Part shown: positions 31,859-41,373 of the stretch, in pieces | Numbering within the stretch: position 1 is the stretch's first letter | How the letters are laid out: every line of letters begins with the position of its first letter | NCBI GenBank assembly: GCA_963845185.1 | Contig: CAWJRG010000010.1 | Span: 736,001-800,000 of the forward strand | Direction of reading: 5' to 3' | DNA: 64,000 bases | Source of the DNA: an uncultured bacterium | Lineage (GTDB): Bacteria; Oederibacteriota; PGYV01; CAWJRG01 | Program-made: the position numbers and the translations under genes | Notes under the pieces: model-generated | Database searches by the model: none | Seen by the model: only the letters and a program-made list of their open reading frames with translations | Told to the model about the DNA's origin: nothing

Positions 31859-32046
31859 CTTTTAATTTTTTTCTTCTTTCTTTTCTTATTGGCAGCCCAC
31901 ATTTTCTGTTTTCTTTTTACGCTTGGCGGCTCATAATATTCTCTTTTTTTCATTTCCTGAAGAATACCAGCGTCCTGTACTTTCTTTTTGAAGCGTTTCA
32001 TTGCGTCATCAAGGTTTTCGTTTTCCTTTATTAAAATCTCTGTCAT
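31855..32046 (-). CDS. rpsU: 30S ribosomal protein S21
   Basis: ENENLDDAMKRFKK...REYYEPPSVKRK. Confidence 0.95.
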   Translation of the reverse strand: MTEILIKENENLDDAMKRFKKKVQDAGILQEMKKREYYEPPSVKRKQKMWAANKKRKKKKIKR

Positions 32047-32110
32047 ATAAAAATCTTCCCTCCTCTATGATAAAAATGGAATTTAAAAACAATAATACTT
32101 TTAGCTAGCA

Positions 32111-32138
32111 ATTATACTGTGAAAATTCGATTTGTCAA
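32111..32138 (-). promoter_or_regulatory. sigma70 promoter of the rpsU-dnaG-rpoD operon
   Basis: Minus strand TTGACA-N16-TATAAT. Confidence 0.8.
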
Positions 32139-32262
32139 GTTTTTATTTAACTTATTTTAGAATCGTCTTTATTTTAAAGCAATAAATGCACAAAATATTT
32201 CATTTACAAAATCTATTTTAGAATTTTGAAAACTAACTAATTATCCTAAATTAAACATCAAT

Positions 32263-33657
32263 TTATTCATAAAGTAAGTTGTTTTTTACAACTTTTTGAA
32301 TATGTGGATAGGAAGAGTAAGTTGCTGAAACTTTTATAACCGCTACATATAAGTTACCCTTTTTTAAATATTTATCTATATATTCTTTTGGTATTTTCCA
32401 TTTTATTGAATTTTTCCCAGTATCAAGTTGCAACCCATTGCACACTTCTATTATGTTCTTTTCAGTTTCTACTTCAATGGTTGCATAACTTTTTTCAGTT
32501 AAAAAAAACTCAAATTTGTACATGTCGTTTTCTATTTTATCCTTTTCTACTTTAAAATTAATGACATCACTGCCGACCCAAAAATACTGAGCTGAATTCT
32601 TATCGGAAACAAAAATCTGTCCGTAATGTTTATATATAGCTATACCCGTTGGATTTTCAAATTCGTAATCATTCATCCCATATTTTCCAAAAGATGTAAT
32701 ATAAAATAGTTCCGGAGAAAATTTATGTACCTGTGAATTTAATTCATCAACTACATAGACGTTGCCGTAATAATCCTGCTCCAGAGTTGTCAGAAAAACT
32801 TTTTTATTTAATAATTCATTTACTCTTATCGAGCGGCTTAAATTTCCTTTGAAATCCAGCTTCTGTATTCTGGAATTATTACCGTCTATTAAATATATAA
32901 AGTTGTAATTATATCCGTTGTATCTTTCGTTCATATCACATATAGCTATTCCTTGAGGACTGGAAATTCCATACGATTTGTCTATAGAGTATAAAAATCC
33001 GCCAGATTTGTCAAAAACCTGTATTCTGTTGTTGCCAGTATCAGAAACATAAATTCTTCCCATTGAATCAAGTGCAACATAGGTTGGATTATTGAATTCG
33101 CCATTGTCCGTTCCTTGCACGCCTATTGTACGGATAAAAATTATCTTTTTGCCGTCGTTGTATAGTCTTACAATTCTATTATTTCCTGCATCGGCCACAT
33201 ATACATCACCATATTCGTTGCAAGCAATACCTATTGGATGAAAAAATTCTCCATCCCCGTGTCCTTCCTTGCCGAATATAGCCAATGAATACATAGACGG
33301 ATTATATATTATCTCTGAATTGCCGGAATTAATTCCATAAACCGTTAATTGCCAATCATCTTTACCTTCATTTATTTTTCCGTAATCAGCAATAAGTTTT
33401 GTTGCCGCAAGATCCTGTGGGTTATTAAAATAAGTGCGGTTACCAAGAAATACTTTAAGCCAAAAAGGCGTGCCGCGGTGTATTCCAAACGGAGTATGCC
33501 AGAAACTCGGATAAACCAATGTTGTTGGCTTATCAATTATTAACTCGGGTTTATCTTCATCTGGCGTATCGATAGGTATGGGTTGATCTGCTGAGGAAAC
33601 ATAATTGCTGAATAAAATAAGAATTATGATTATTATAAGGCTAAATAATTTTCTCAT
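32263..33657 (-). CDS. Exported NHL-repeat beta-propeller protein
   Basis: Signal peptide; repeats GEFFHPIGIA..GDVYVADAGNNRI, GEFNNPTYVALD..IYVSDTGNNRIQVF. Confidence 0.85.
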   Translation of the reverse strand: MRKLFSLIIIIILILFSNYVSSADQPIPIDTPDEDKPELIIDKPTTLVYPSFWHTPFGIHRGTPFWLKVFLGNRTYFNNPQDLAATKLIADYGKINEGKDDWQLTVYGINSGNSEIIYNPSMYSLAIFGKEGHGDGEFFHPIGIACNEYGDVYVADAGNNRIVRLYNDGKKIIFIRTIGVQGTDNGEFNNPTYVALDSMGRIYVSDTGNNRIQVFDKSGGFLYSIDKSYGISSPQGIAICDMNERYNGYNYNFIYLIDGNNSRIQKLDFKGNLSRSIRVNELLNKKVFLTTLEQDYYGNVYVVDELNSQVHKFSPELFYITSFGKYGMNDYEFENPTGIAIYKHYGQIFVSDKNSAQYFWVGSDVINFKVEKDKIENDMYKFEFFLTEKSYATIEVETEKNIIEVCNGLQLDTGKNSIKWKIPKEYIDKYLKKGNLYVAVIKVSATYSSYPHIQKVVKNNLLYE

Positions 33658-33665
33658 TTTATTAC

Positions 33666-34421
33666 CTAAAACCCAAAATTTAATGTTAGAAAATTTAAAT
33701 TATCTTTATTTTCATAACTAATTTGCATATTTGGATTTTCAAAATTAATAACTTTTCCTGTAATTGTTCCTATAAATCCTCCAAGCAAAACATCAGATGG
33801 CCAGTGTGCGTTTTTATAGATACGTGCTATACCGCACAAAAAAGCTATGGGATAAGTAATATAACCTATATTATAATTGTCACCTAATATTGTTGCCCAT
33901 GCAAATGCAGCAGTGGTATGGCCTGAAGGCAACGAACTATCGGATAAAGAAAATGGTTTATAATTAAACTGAGTATTTGCATTAGATGGTCTTTCTCTAC
34001 CTACGATAATTTTGGTTATATATGCAACCATACCGCTAACCGCGATTCCTTCTATTATTCTTTTTCCTACTTTTCTTTCTTTTTCACTGCCTACTGCAAA
34101 AAGAATGGAATCGGCCGCTAAAATATATAGTCCATCACCGCAGTCATTAAAAATATTAAAAAATTGATCTTTTGTACTATTTTTATTTTTTTGAATTTCA
34201 GTAGATATATATTTATCATTATTCATCAATGAAATAGTTGTGCCTGCAAGTATTATAGTTATTATTAAACTTTTTAATGGACTTTCAGTCACGCTTGAGC
34301 CCAAATTTTCAAAGTCTTCAAAAAATAATCGGTTTAATATGTTTTCTTCCGCTGCTATATTCATGGCAAAAATTATGATTGTCAAAAAAATTATTATTAT
34401 TGTTTTAAGTATTTTAGCCAT
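33666..34421 (-). CDS. PAP2-family phosphatase
   Basis: KxxxGRERP, PSGHT, ARIYKNAHWPSDV. Confidence 0.9.
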   Translation of the reverse strand: MAKILKTIIIIFLTIIIFAMNIAAEENILNRLFFEDFENLGSSVTESPLKSLIITIILAGTTISLMNNDKYISTEIQKNKNSTKDQFFNIFNDCGDGLYILAADSILFAVGSEKERKVGKRIIEGIAVSGMVAYITKIIVGRERPSNANTQFNYKPFSLSDSSLPSGHTTAAFAWATILGDNYNIGYITYPIAFLCGIARIYKNAHWPSDVLLGGFIGTITGKVINFENPNMQISYENKDNLNFLTLNFGF

Positions 34422-34430
34422 TTTAAAATT

Positions 34431-35042
34431 TCACCTGTAAAGGTTGTTCTTTTTTATATATTCGCAAACTTTTTCTCCAAGCTCAACAGCGCACTCCTCG
34501 CCGCTTCTTATTTTCACTCTAAGGTTTGATGATGATATATGGATTAAATCTGTATGGGCCCAGTATATTACATTTGCCATATTGCCATACTTTTTAACTA
34601 TCATTTCTTTTGTGTAGTATTCCCTTGGAAATATTATAAAATCAAGTAGTTTTAAAATCTGTTCATGATCCTTCCACATGTCAATAAGGTAAAATGCGTC
34701 TGTCCCTATCAAAAAAAATACTTTTTTGTCAGGGAATTCATTTTTAAAATACTTAATGGTATCTATGGAATAGGAAATTGTTTTCTGAGCTATTTCAAAA
34801 TCGGAAAAAATAAAATCCTGGTCTTCATGTATGAGCAGTTTCACCATATCAGCCCTGTGGCTTGCGTCCAGCACGTTCCTCGGCTCCTTGTGCGGTGGTA
34901 GGTATGACGGGATAAAAAACACTTTTTCCAGTTTAAATTCTTTTTTAGCGGCCTTGGCGAGCTTGAGGTGCCCTATATGGGGTGGATTAAAAGTACCTCC
35001 GAACAACCCTATATTTTTTTCCTCACTCACGGATTTGACCAT
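34431..35042 (-). CDS. nadD: Nicotinate-nucleotide adenylyltransferase
   Basis: GGTFNPPHIGH, PPHK, SYSIDT, ISSS, YIKKNNLY. Confidence 0.95.
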   Translation of the reverse strand: MVKSVSEEKNIGLFGGTFNPPHIGHLKLAKAAKKEFKLEKVFFIPSYLPPHKEPRNVLDASHRADMVKLLIHEDQDFIFSDFEIAQKTISYSIDTIKYFKNEFPDKKVFFLIGTDAFYLIDMWKDHEQILKLLDFIIFPREYYTKEMIVKKYGNMANVIYWAHTDLIHISSSNLRVKIRSGEECAVELGEKVCEYIKKNNLYR

Positions 35043-36279
35043 TCCCGAATATTATATATTTTTCTGAAGTAAGTTCACGCAACGCCATGGGCCCCCTGAC
35101 GTGCAGTTTTTGGTTTGAAATACCCATCTCAGCACCTAGCCCAAACTGGTTTCCGTCAGTAAACCTCGTCGATGCGTTCACGAAACATGCGGCTGAGTCC
35201 ACTTCTTGCAAAAACCTCATGGCGTTTGTGTAGTCCTGAGTGACTATTGCATCCGAGTGGTGCGACCCGTAATTATTGATGTGCCGTATTGCTTCGTCCA
35301 GGTCATTTACGACCTTTACGGAAAGAATAAGGTCAAGGTACTCTGTAGACCAGTCTTCCTCGGTCGCGTCTTTTATGTCCTTTAGGATTTTTTTTGTTTC
35401 CGCGTCGCCCCTGATTTCAACTTTTGCCTTTTTAAACTCTTCATTTATGTAAGGCAAAAATTTTCTGGCGATATTTTTATGCACAAGAAGCGTTTCCATG
35501 GCGTTGCATACAGCCGGTCTCTGCACTTTTGCGTTATAGCATATTTTTATAGCCATATCAATGTCCGCTGTTTCGTCCACGAATGTATGGCATATCCCTT
35601 CGTCATGCCTTATGACTGGTATTAACGAATTTTCCTCTATAAACTTTATTAGACTTTTTCCGCCCCTTGGTATGACAACGTCGATATATTCCTTTAATTT
35701 AACCATGCAGGTTATTGATTCCCTGTTTGTGTTGTCAATGACTTCCACCACACCCTCGGGCATGCCAGCTTTTTTTATCCCTTCTTTTATCAACTGTGTT
35801 ATTATTATGTTTGAATTTATCGCGTCTGAACCGCCGCGCAGTATTATTGCATTTCCGGATTTTATGGTCAAAGCCGCAGCTTCCGTGCAGACGTTTGGCC
35901 TTGCCTCGAAAATAAAGCCTATTACTCCCAGCGGCATACGCATTTTGCCTATTTTAAGGCCGTTTGGCACTGTCCACGCCTGTGTGATCTCGCCGACAGG
36001 ATCCTTCAAAGCGATAACATCGTTTATAGCCTTTATCATCTCGTCAATCCTTTTATCGTTCAGGGATAGCCTGTCCACCAGCGCCTTTGACATTTTCTTT
36101 GCTTCAGCCGCTTTAATGTCCTTCATATTTTCTTTTTTAATTTTATCCCTGTTAGCGTCAACGGCTGAAATTATATTTTTCAGGGCTACATTTTTAACGT
36201 CGGTATTCAGTTTAACCATTTCCCTGCTTGCCTCTTTGGCGGACCTTGCCTTTTGTGCTATTGTTTCCTTCAAATCCAT
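35023..36279 (-). CDS. proA: Gamma-glutamyl phosphate reductase
   Basis: PLGVIGFIFEARPNV, CNAMETLLVH, NASTRFTDG, EMGISNQKLHVRGP. Confidence 0.97.
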   Translation of the reverse strand: MDLKETIAQKARSAKEASREMVKLNTDVKNVALKNIISAVDANRDKIKKENMKDIKAAEAKKMSKALVDRLSLNDKRIDEMIKAINDVIALKDPVGEITQAWTVPNGLKIGKMRMPLGVIGFIFEARPNVCTEAAALTIKSGNAIILRGGSDAINSNIIITQLIKEGIKKAGMPEGVVEVIDNTNRESITCMVKLKEYIDVVIPRGGKSLIKFIEENSLIPVIRHDEGICHTFVDETADIDMAIKICYNAKVQRPAVCNAMETLLVHKNIARKFLPYINEEFKKAKVEIRGDAETKKILKDIKDATEEDWSTEYLDLILSVKVVNDLDEAIRHINNYGSHHSDAIVTQDYTNAMRFLQEVDSAACFVNASTRFTDGNQFGLGAEMGISNQKLHVRGPMALRELTSEKYIIFGNGQIRE

Positions 36280-36343
36280 AAAACCACCTCAATATACTTT
36301 TGGGCAGATATTTTTATCGGTTAAATCCCTGCGCTTTGCGTGA

Positions 36344-37513
36344 TTAGAAAAACTCTTCTATCACGCTGTTTGAAAGCAGGAATCCCTTCCTTGTCAGGCT
36401 TATATTTTCATTGCCTTTATCGACAAGCCCTATATCCGCGAACTTGTCTATTATCTTACAATATTTCTTGTAAAAATCAATTTTAAAAATTCCGGCGTAT
36501 TCAAGCATGCTTACCCCACTTTTTTTCCTTAAATTGAGCATTATATAATCTTTTTCATATTTGGCGTCGTCGTATATGTCTTTTTCCATTATTGTGTCTT
36601 CATTGTTGTTTATCCTTTTTATGTACTCGGCTGGGTCTTCCGTATTTTTATACCTTTCGTTGCTGAAAAACGAAGCAGCCCCAGCCCCGACGCCCAGGTA
36701 CTCGCCCATTTTCCAGTAATTCATATTATGCAGACATTCATATCCTTGCTTGGCAAAATTGGAAATTTCATACTGGAGATATGAATTTTTTTCTAGCATG
36801 TTTGCAGAATCCATGTACATACTCTCTATCTCTTCGTCGTCGGGCAGGGTTATTGATTTTGTCTGCAACATATCAAAATATTCAGTATCCTGATAAGCTG
36901 TAAGCATATAAAATGAAATGTGTTTTGGGCTCAGACCTATAGATTTTTTAATATCGCTGAAAATATCTTCTTTTTCTTCCCCGTGGATTCCATACATTAA
37001 ATCAATACTAAAATTATCAATGTGCTTTTTTATTGTTTCCACCGCTTTGTAGGCTTTATCCGCGTCGTGTATTCTCCCTAATTTCTTCAGTAGCCCATTG
37101 CTGAAACTCTGTGCGCCCAGACTGATTCTGTTGACATAAGTTTTTAAGAGCCCTGTTTTTTCCTCGGTTACTGTTTCAGGGTTTGCTTCTATTGTCATCT
37201 CTACAAAATTTTTTTTGTCTACGATTGAATACAGCCCTGAAAAAAAACTTTCAAGCTGTTTTACGCTCAAAAAAGTCGGAGTACCGCCGCCTATGTATAA
37301 TGTATTAAAAATTAATCCGACTTTTTCCTTTTTTACCCTCAGCTCCTTCAAAACTGCATTAATATAATCATCAATAAGGTAAGCCCTGTCGTCGTAGGAA
37401 TTGAAATCGCAGTATGCACATTTTTGTATGCAGAAAGGAATGTGAATATATAAGCCTGAATTTTTGGATGTACTTACCTTGTTATTGTTTTCATTTGTCA
37501 TTTTTAAACTCAA
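36344..37513 (-). CDS. hemW: Radical SAM heme chaperone HemW (HemN-like)
   Basis: YIHIPFC..KC.YCDFNS, GGGTPT, EANP, QYEISNFA, HNMNYW. Confidence 0.88.
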   Translation of the reverse strand: MSLKMTNENNNKVSTSKNSGLYIHIPFCIQKCAYCDFNSYDDRAYLIDDYINAVLKELRVKKEKVGLIFNTLYIGGGTPTFLSVKQLESFFSGLYSIVDKKNFVEMTIEANPETVTEEKTGLLKTYVNRISLGAQSFSNGLLKKLGRIHDADKAYKAVETIKKHIDNFSIDLMYGIHGEEKEDIFSDIKKSIGLSPKHISFYMLTAYQDTEYFDMLQTKSITLPDDEEIESMYMDSANMLEKNSYLQYEISNFAKQGYECLHNMNYWKMGEYLGVGAGAASFFSNERYKNTEDPAEYIKRINNNEDTIMEKDIYDDAKYEKDYIMLNLRKKSGVSMLEYAGIFKIDFYKKYCKIIDKFADIGLVDKGNENISLTRKGFLLSNSVIEEFF

Positions 37514-37526
37514 ACTTTTATTAAAA

Positions 37527-38252
37527 TTATTTTATTATTGCTGTCGCAGGCGTTGATGAATTTGCGTTTGCGTCAGGCAGAATAATACTATAATGTCTTA
37601 TTATTTTTATTCTGTCTGGCGGCCAGTAAACAAACCAGGCCTTGCCCCTCAAATATTTGTAAGATAAAAATCCCCAAAACCTGCTGTCTTCTGAATTATC
37701 CCTGTTATCTCCCATAACAAAAAAGGCATCTGAAGGCACTTTAACCGGCCCAAAATTATCCCTCACTGTCATTTCCATGGGTAATGTCCTAATATCTTTA
37801 TGAAATATATATGGCTCGTCAAGTCTTATTCCGTTCACATAAACTATTTTATCTTTTATTTCTATCGTATCTCCCGGTACGCCTATGCAGCGCTTAATAA
37901 ACATTAATTTGGGATTTTGAGGGTATCTAAAAATTATAACTTCTCCTCTTTGTGGTTGTTTAAATTTAAGTATAGTTTTATTGGAAAAAGGTAAATTGGT
38001 ACCATAAATAAACTTATTTGCAATTATATGATCACCTATAAGCAAAGTATCTTCCATTGATGATGTGGGTATTTTAAATGCCTGTATTATTAATGTCCTT
38101 ATAATAGTCGCAATTATAATGGCTTCAAATGCTGGTTCAACCCAATCCCTTATGACGTTAGTTTTTGACAGTTTAAAAATTAAAACAACAAGGATTTCCC
38201 CTATTGTTAATATAATAAATAAGCTCCAGAATATTACCTCTGTTTGCTCCAT
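37527..38252 (-). CDS. lepB: Signal peptidase I
   Basis: AFKIPTSSMEDTL, FIKRCIG.PGD, GDNRDNSEDSRFWG. Confidence 0.95.
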   Translation of the reverse strand: MEQTEVIFWSLFIILTIGEILVVLIFKLSKTNVIRDWVEPAFEAIIIATIIRTLIIQAFKIPTSSMEDTLLIGDHIIANKFIYGTNLPFSNKTILKFKQPQRGEVIIFRYPQNPKLMFIKRCIGVPGDTIEIKDKIVYVNGIRLDEPYIFHKDIRTLPMEMTVRDNFGPVKVPSDAFFVMGDNRDNSEDSRFWGFLSYKYLRGKAWFVYWPPDRIKIIRHYSIILPDANANSSTPATAIIK

Positions 38253-38527
38253 TTTTTCTCCTAATATCGTATCAAATAAAATTAGTATATTTATTTATAT
38301 AATTAATCTAAAAAAAAAGCAATAATTAATAATTGTTATAAAAAATCTAATTAAATTTATATTGAATCTATGTAAGTTGGTTAAACTATATCAAATTAAT
38401 AGCTAATTATTTTTTTTGTATTAAACTGGAACTGCAAACAAGCAATTCTATTAAAATATTCATTTCATTGATAAATATACTTATATTAATTTCTAAAAAT
38501 TTTACAATTATGCAATTGATTCATATT

Positions 38528-38962
38528 TCAATTCATTCTAACTTTCTGATTATATTCTTTTGGATGCCAATTAGACTTTTTCTGACTCCAACGCATCGTG
38601 TGAAGTATCTTGCTTATATGTGCAGAATGATAACGTATTTTGAATTTTCTATATATAACATCTGCTATTCGCGAACACGTCCATAAATCTGTTGAGTATC
38701 CTACACTTCTAGCTCCTTTTAAAAGTATATTTTCAATTTTTAATTTATTTTTTATGGTCAACTTTGATGGGCGTCCTGAAGACGTTTTTGCTTTTAACAT
38801 CTCTTTTCCACCTTTTTTGTATGCTATATTCCAACGGTAAACCGAACGATACTCTACACCTAATCTCCTTGCTACTTTAACCGGACCAATCTTTTTTTTC
38901 AAAAGTAATATTGCTTTTATACGTCTTTTTTCCAATTTTTGTGGGCTTCCGAGTGGTCTCAT
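38528..38962 (-). mobile_element. Truncated IS630-family transposase (HTH part only)
   Basis: LEKRRIKAI...VARRLGV...VYRW...SSGRPSKLT...LWTCSRIADVI...YHSAHISKILHTMRWSQKK. No DDE domain follows. Confidence 0.8.
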
Positions 38963-39031
38963 AATAACAAACTCCTTTATCCTTATTATATGACTTTAAT
39001 TATGCAATATTCTATGAGTTTTAATAACCAT

Positions 39032-40129
39032 CTATGTTAATAATATTTCCCCATTTTTAATTTCAAATAAATTTGAAATTTTAAAATTTTTAAAATTTTC
39101 TTTATATGTCGTTGTTATTAATATTTGTTCAAATAAACTAAAAGTATTAATTACAAATTCTTTGTTTGGATTGTCTAGCTCTGAAGAGAAATCATCTAAT
39201 AGGATAATAGGATACATTGCTCTTTCTTGTTTGATCATTAGACCTTCAGCAAGTTTAATCAAAATTGCAGAAATTCTTTGTTGGCCTTCGGATGCGTATT
39301 GTTTCGCAGGTTTATTATCATAAAAGATTTCAATATCATCACGATGTGGACCAATTAAAGTGATAGCCCTTGCTATTTCATCATCTATATTGTTATTAAA
39401 AAAATTATTATATTTATTTTTTATCATTTGAGGTTCAAATACATCAAAAATTTTGGAACTATATTTCAAAAAAATTCTATTTTTATTCTGGAATAAATTT
39501 TCATTTAATATACGATTTAAACTTTCAATAAATGTATTTCTTAAAACTAATATTTTTGTTCCATCTTCGGTAATTTGATTATTCCATATATCTAATATAT
39601 TCTTTTGCAATCTATTTTCTTTAATTTGTCTAAGAAGATAATTTCTGTGAGCTATTTCTTTTGAATATCTCATTAAAATTTGATAATAATCATTGCTTAT
39701 TTTTGATATTAATTCATCAATAAAATTTCTTCTAACAGACGGTTCGCCTTTAATTATCATTATATTTTCAGGCGCAAATAGAACTATTGGAAGTTCACTG
39801 ACAATATGAGATATACGCATTAATTTATTATTATTAATTTTAATAGATTTTTTTCTTAAAATATTATTATATTCCGCAATATATTCCTTATTTATTTCAG
39901 CAAATGAGGCATTAATAACTATTTGCATTTGTTTTTGCCCTTGCTTTATTAATACATTATCATCAGAAGTTCTAAATGATTTAGTCATTGCCAACCAATA
40001 AATTGCTTCAATTATATTCGTTTTTCCTGTTCCATTTTCACCATAAAATAGATTTATTCCTGAATTAAGATTTAAAGTTAGTTCACTATAATTTCTAAAA
40101 TTTTTAATATTAACATTTCTTATCTGCAT
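39032..40129 (-). CDS. recF: DNA replication/repair protein RecF
   Basis: NFRNY, GENGTGKTN, GEPSVRRNFID, GPHRDD, ASEGQQR, PIILLDDFSSELD. Confidence 0.95.
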   Translation of the reverse strand: MQIRNVNIKNFRNYSELTLNLNSGINLFYGENGTGKTNIIEAIYWLAMTKSFRTSDDNVLIKQGQKQMQIVINASFAEINKEYIAEYNNILRKKSIKINNNKLMRISHIVSELPIVLFAPENIMIIKGEPSVRRNFIDELISKISNDYYQILMRYSKEIAHRNYLLRQIKENRLQKNILDIWNNQITEDGTKILVLRNTFIESLNRILNENLFQNKNRIFLKYSSKIFDVFEPQMIKNKYNNFFNNNIDDEIARAITLIGPHRDDIEIFYDNKPAKQYASEGQQRISAILIKLAEGLMIKQERAMYPIILLDDFSSELDNPNKEFVINTFSLFEQILITTTYKENFKNFKISNLFEIKNGEILLT

Positions 40130-40221
40130 TATGACTTAATACTCCTTAATATAATTTGAAGCTTATTTAAGCATTAAATTGCATTAACTAATTCCATAAT
40201 TTTACAGATTAATTTCAATAA

Positions 40222-40237
40222 TGTTCTACGTGGAACA
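40222..40237. promoter_or_regulatory. parS centromere site
   Basis: TGTTCTACGTGGAACA (within AATGTTC...GAACATT), one mismatch to the TGTTCCACGTGGAACA parS palindrome, about 7 kb from dnaA. Confidence 0.75.
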
Positions 40238-40265
40238 TTAATAGTACACATTTACTTTTTCTAAA

Positions 40266-40985
40266 TTATAAAGGATTTTTCTTTATTTTATTGAGCATTC
40301 CGTGGTAAATACTAGCAGTTTTCCACAACTTTTTAACAAAAATAATCGAATGTTGACCATAATTATCAGGTAATTTATAACTAAATATATTACAAATATT
40401 TATGCCTACACCTCTATGTAATCTCAAATTTTTATTAATTTCGTGAACCTGTTTTTGACTAGCATAAAAACAAATTAAACCATTATTCTTTATAAAAATA
40501 TTAGTAATTTCAATTGAAGTATTAAAATTCGAAAAGGCACGTATTGTGCAAGAATCATAATTTTCCCTATATTTACAGTTTTTAGCAGCAATTTCAGCTC
40601 TATTAAACAAAATATCAACATTTTTTAAATTAAGTATATTAACAATATGTTTTAAAAAAAGAACTCTTTTTTTATTGGATTCTAATAGAGTTATTTTAAT
40701 TCTTGGTAAAATTATTGCTATTGGAATTCCAGGAAATCCAGCTCCAGAACCAACGTCTAATAATGTTTCATATTGTGAAACATTATTAGATTTTAATAAA
40801 TATATTGAATCAATGAAATGTTTAACTATTATTTCTTTATCTGTTTTAATTGATGTTAGATCTATTTTATTATTGTATTTCTTTATTTCATTTAAATAAA
40901 TATAGAATTTTTCTAATACACTTAAATTTAATAACTTAATATCAAAATTTGAAAAGTATTTTTCCAACAATTCTTTAGTATGCAT
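40266..40985 (-). CDS. rsmG: 16S rRNA m7G527 methyltransferase
   Basis: DLTSI..KHFIDS, LDVGSGAGFPGIP, LLES, RAE, TIRA. Confidence 0.93.
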   Translation of the reverse strand: MHTKELLEKYFSNFDIKLLNLSVLEKFYIYLNEIKKYNNKIDLTSIKTDKEIIVKHFIDSIYLLKSNNVSQYETLLDVGSGAGFPGIPIAIILPRIKITLLESNKKRVLFLKHIVNILNLKNVDILFNRAEIAAKNCKYRENYDSCTIRAFSNFNTSIEITNIFIKNNGLICFYASQKQVHEINKNLRLHRGVGINICNIFSYKLPDNYGQHSIIFVKKLWKTASIYHGMLNKIKKNPL

Positions 40986-41373
40986 ATTAACTTATTATCT
41001 CACTATAAAATGAATTTTTCAATTAATTTTATTATCATCCTCTAACTTCTACGTATTATTGACCAAAATACATATTTATGCTAATATTTATATATAACAA
41101 ACTAACTATTTTGGTTTGAGTTGAATATTGAAAAAAGTATTAAATTCTGAATTATAATTGAAATTTGAATGATTTTTTCTAAAAAAAATTATTTTGATAT
41201 TAACTAAATATGTAAGTAAGGTATTCCTTCATCGGTTATATTCCTTGTTTGAAATTGGAACAAGAATATTTTTATTTCCTATGTTTTCGATTTCTGTAAA
41301 GCTAAATAATTTGGTTCTAATATGTTTAAAGTTTCTACATGAATTATTTTATTAAAGGAGGAATAGTATAAAA

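Noticed and set aside
35561..36343. 260-aa plus-strand ORF, and similar long antisense ORFs such as 52858-53565 and 54881-55477
   Set aside because: Antisense shadows of proA, gyrA and the pseudokinase, with no recognisable motifs.
38490..39015. Terminal inverted repeats for the IS630 element
   Set aside because: Only a direct 11-bp match was found; no convincing inverted pair, so it is treated as a remnant.
41240..41350. parS-like fragments (TTGTTTGAAATTGGAACAA, GTTTCTACATGAAT)
   Set aside because: Too many mismatches to be distinguished from chance in very AT-rich DNA.
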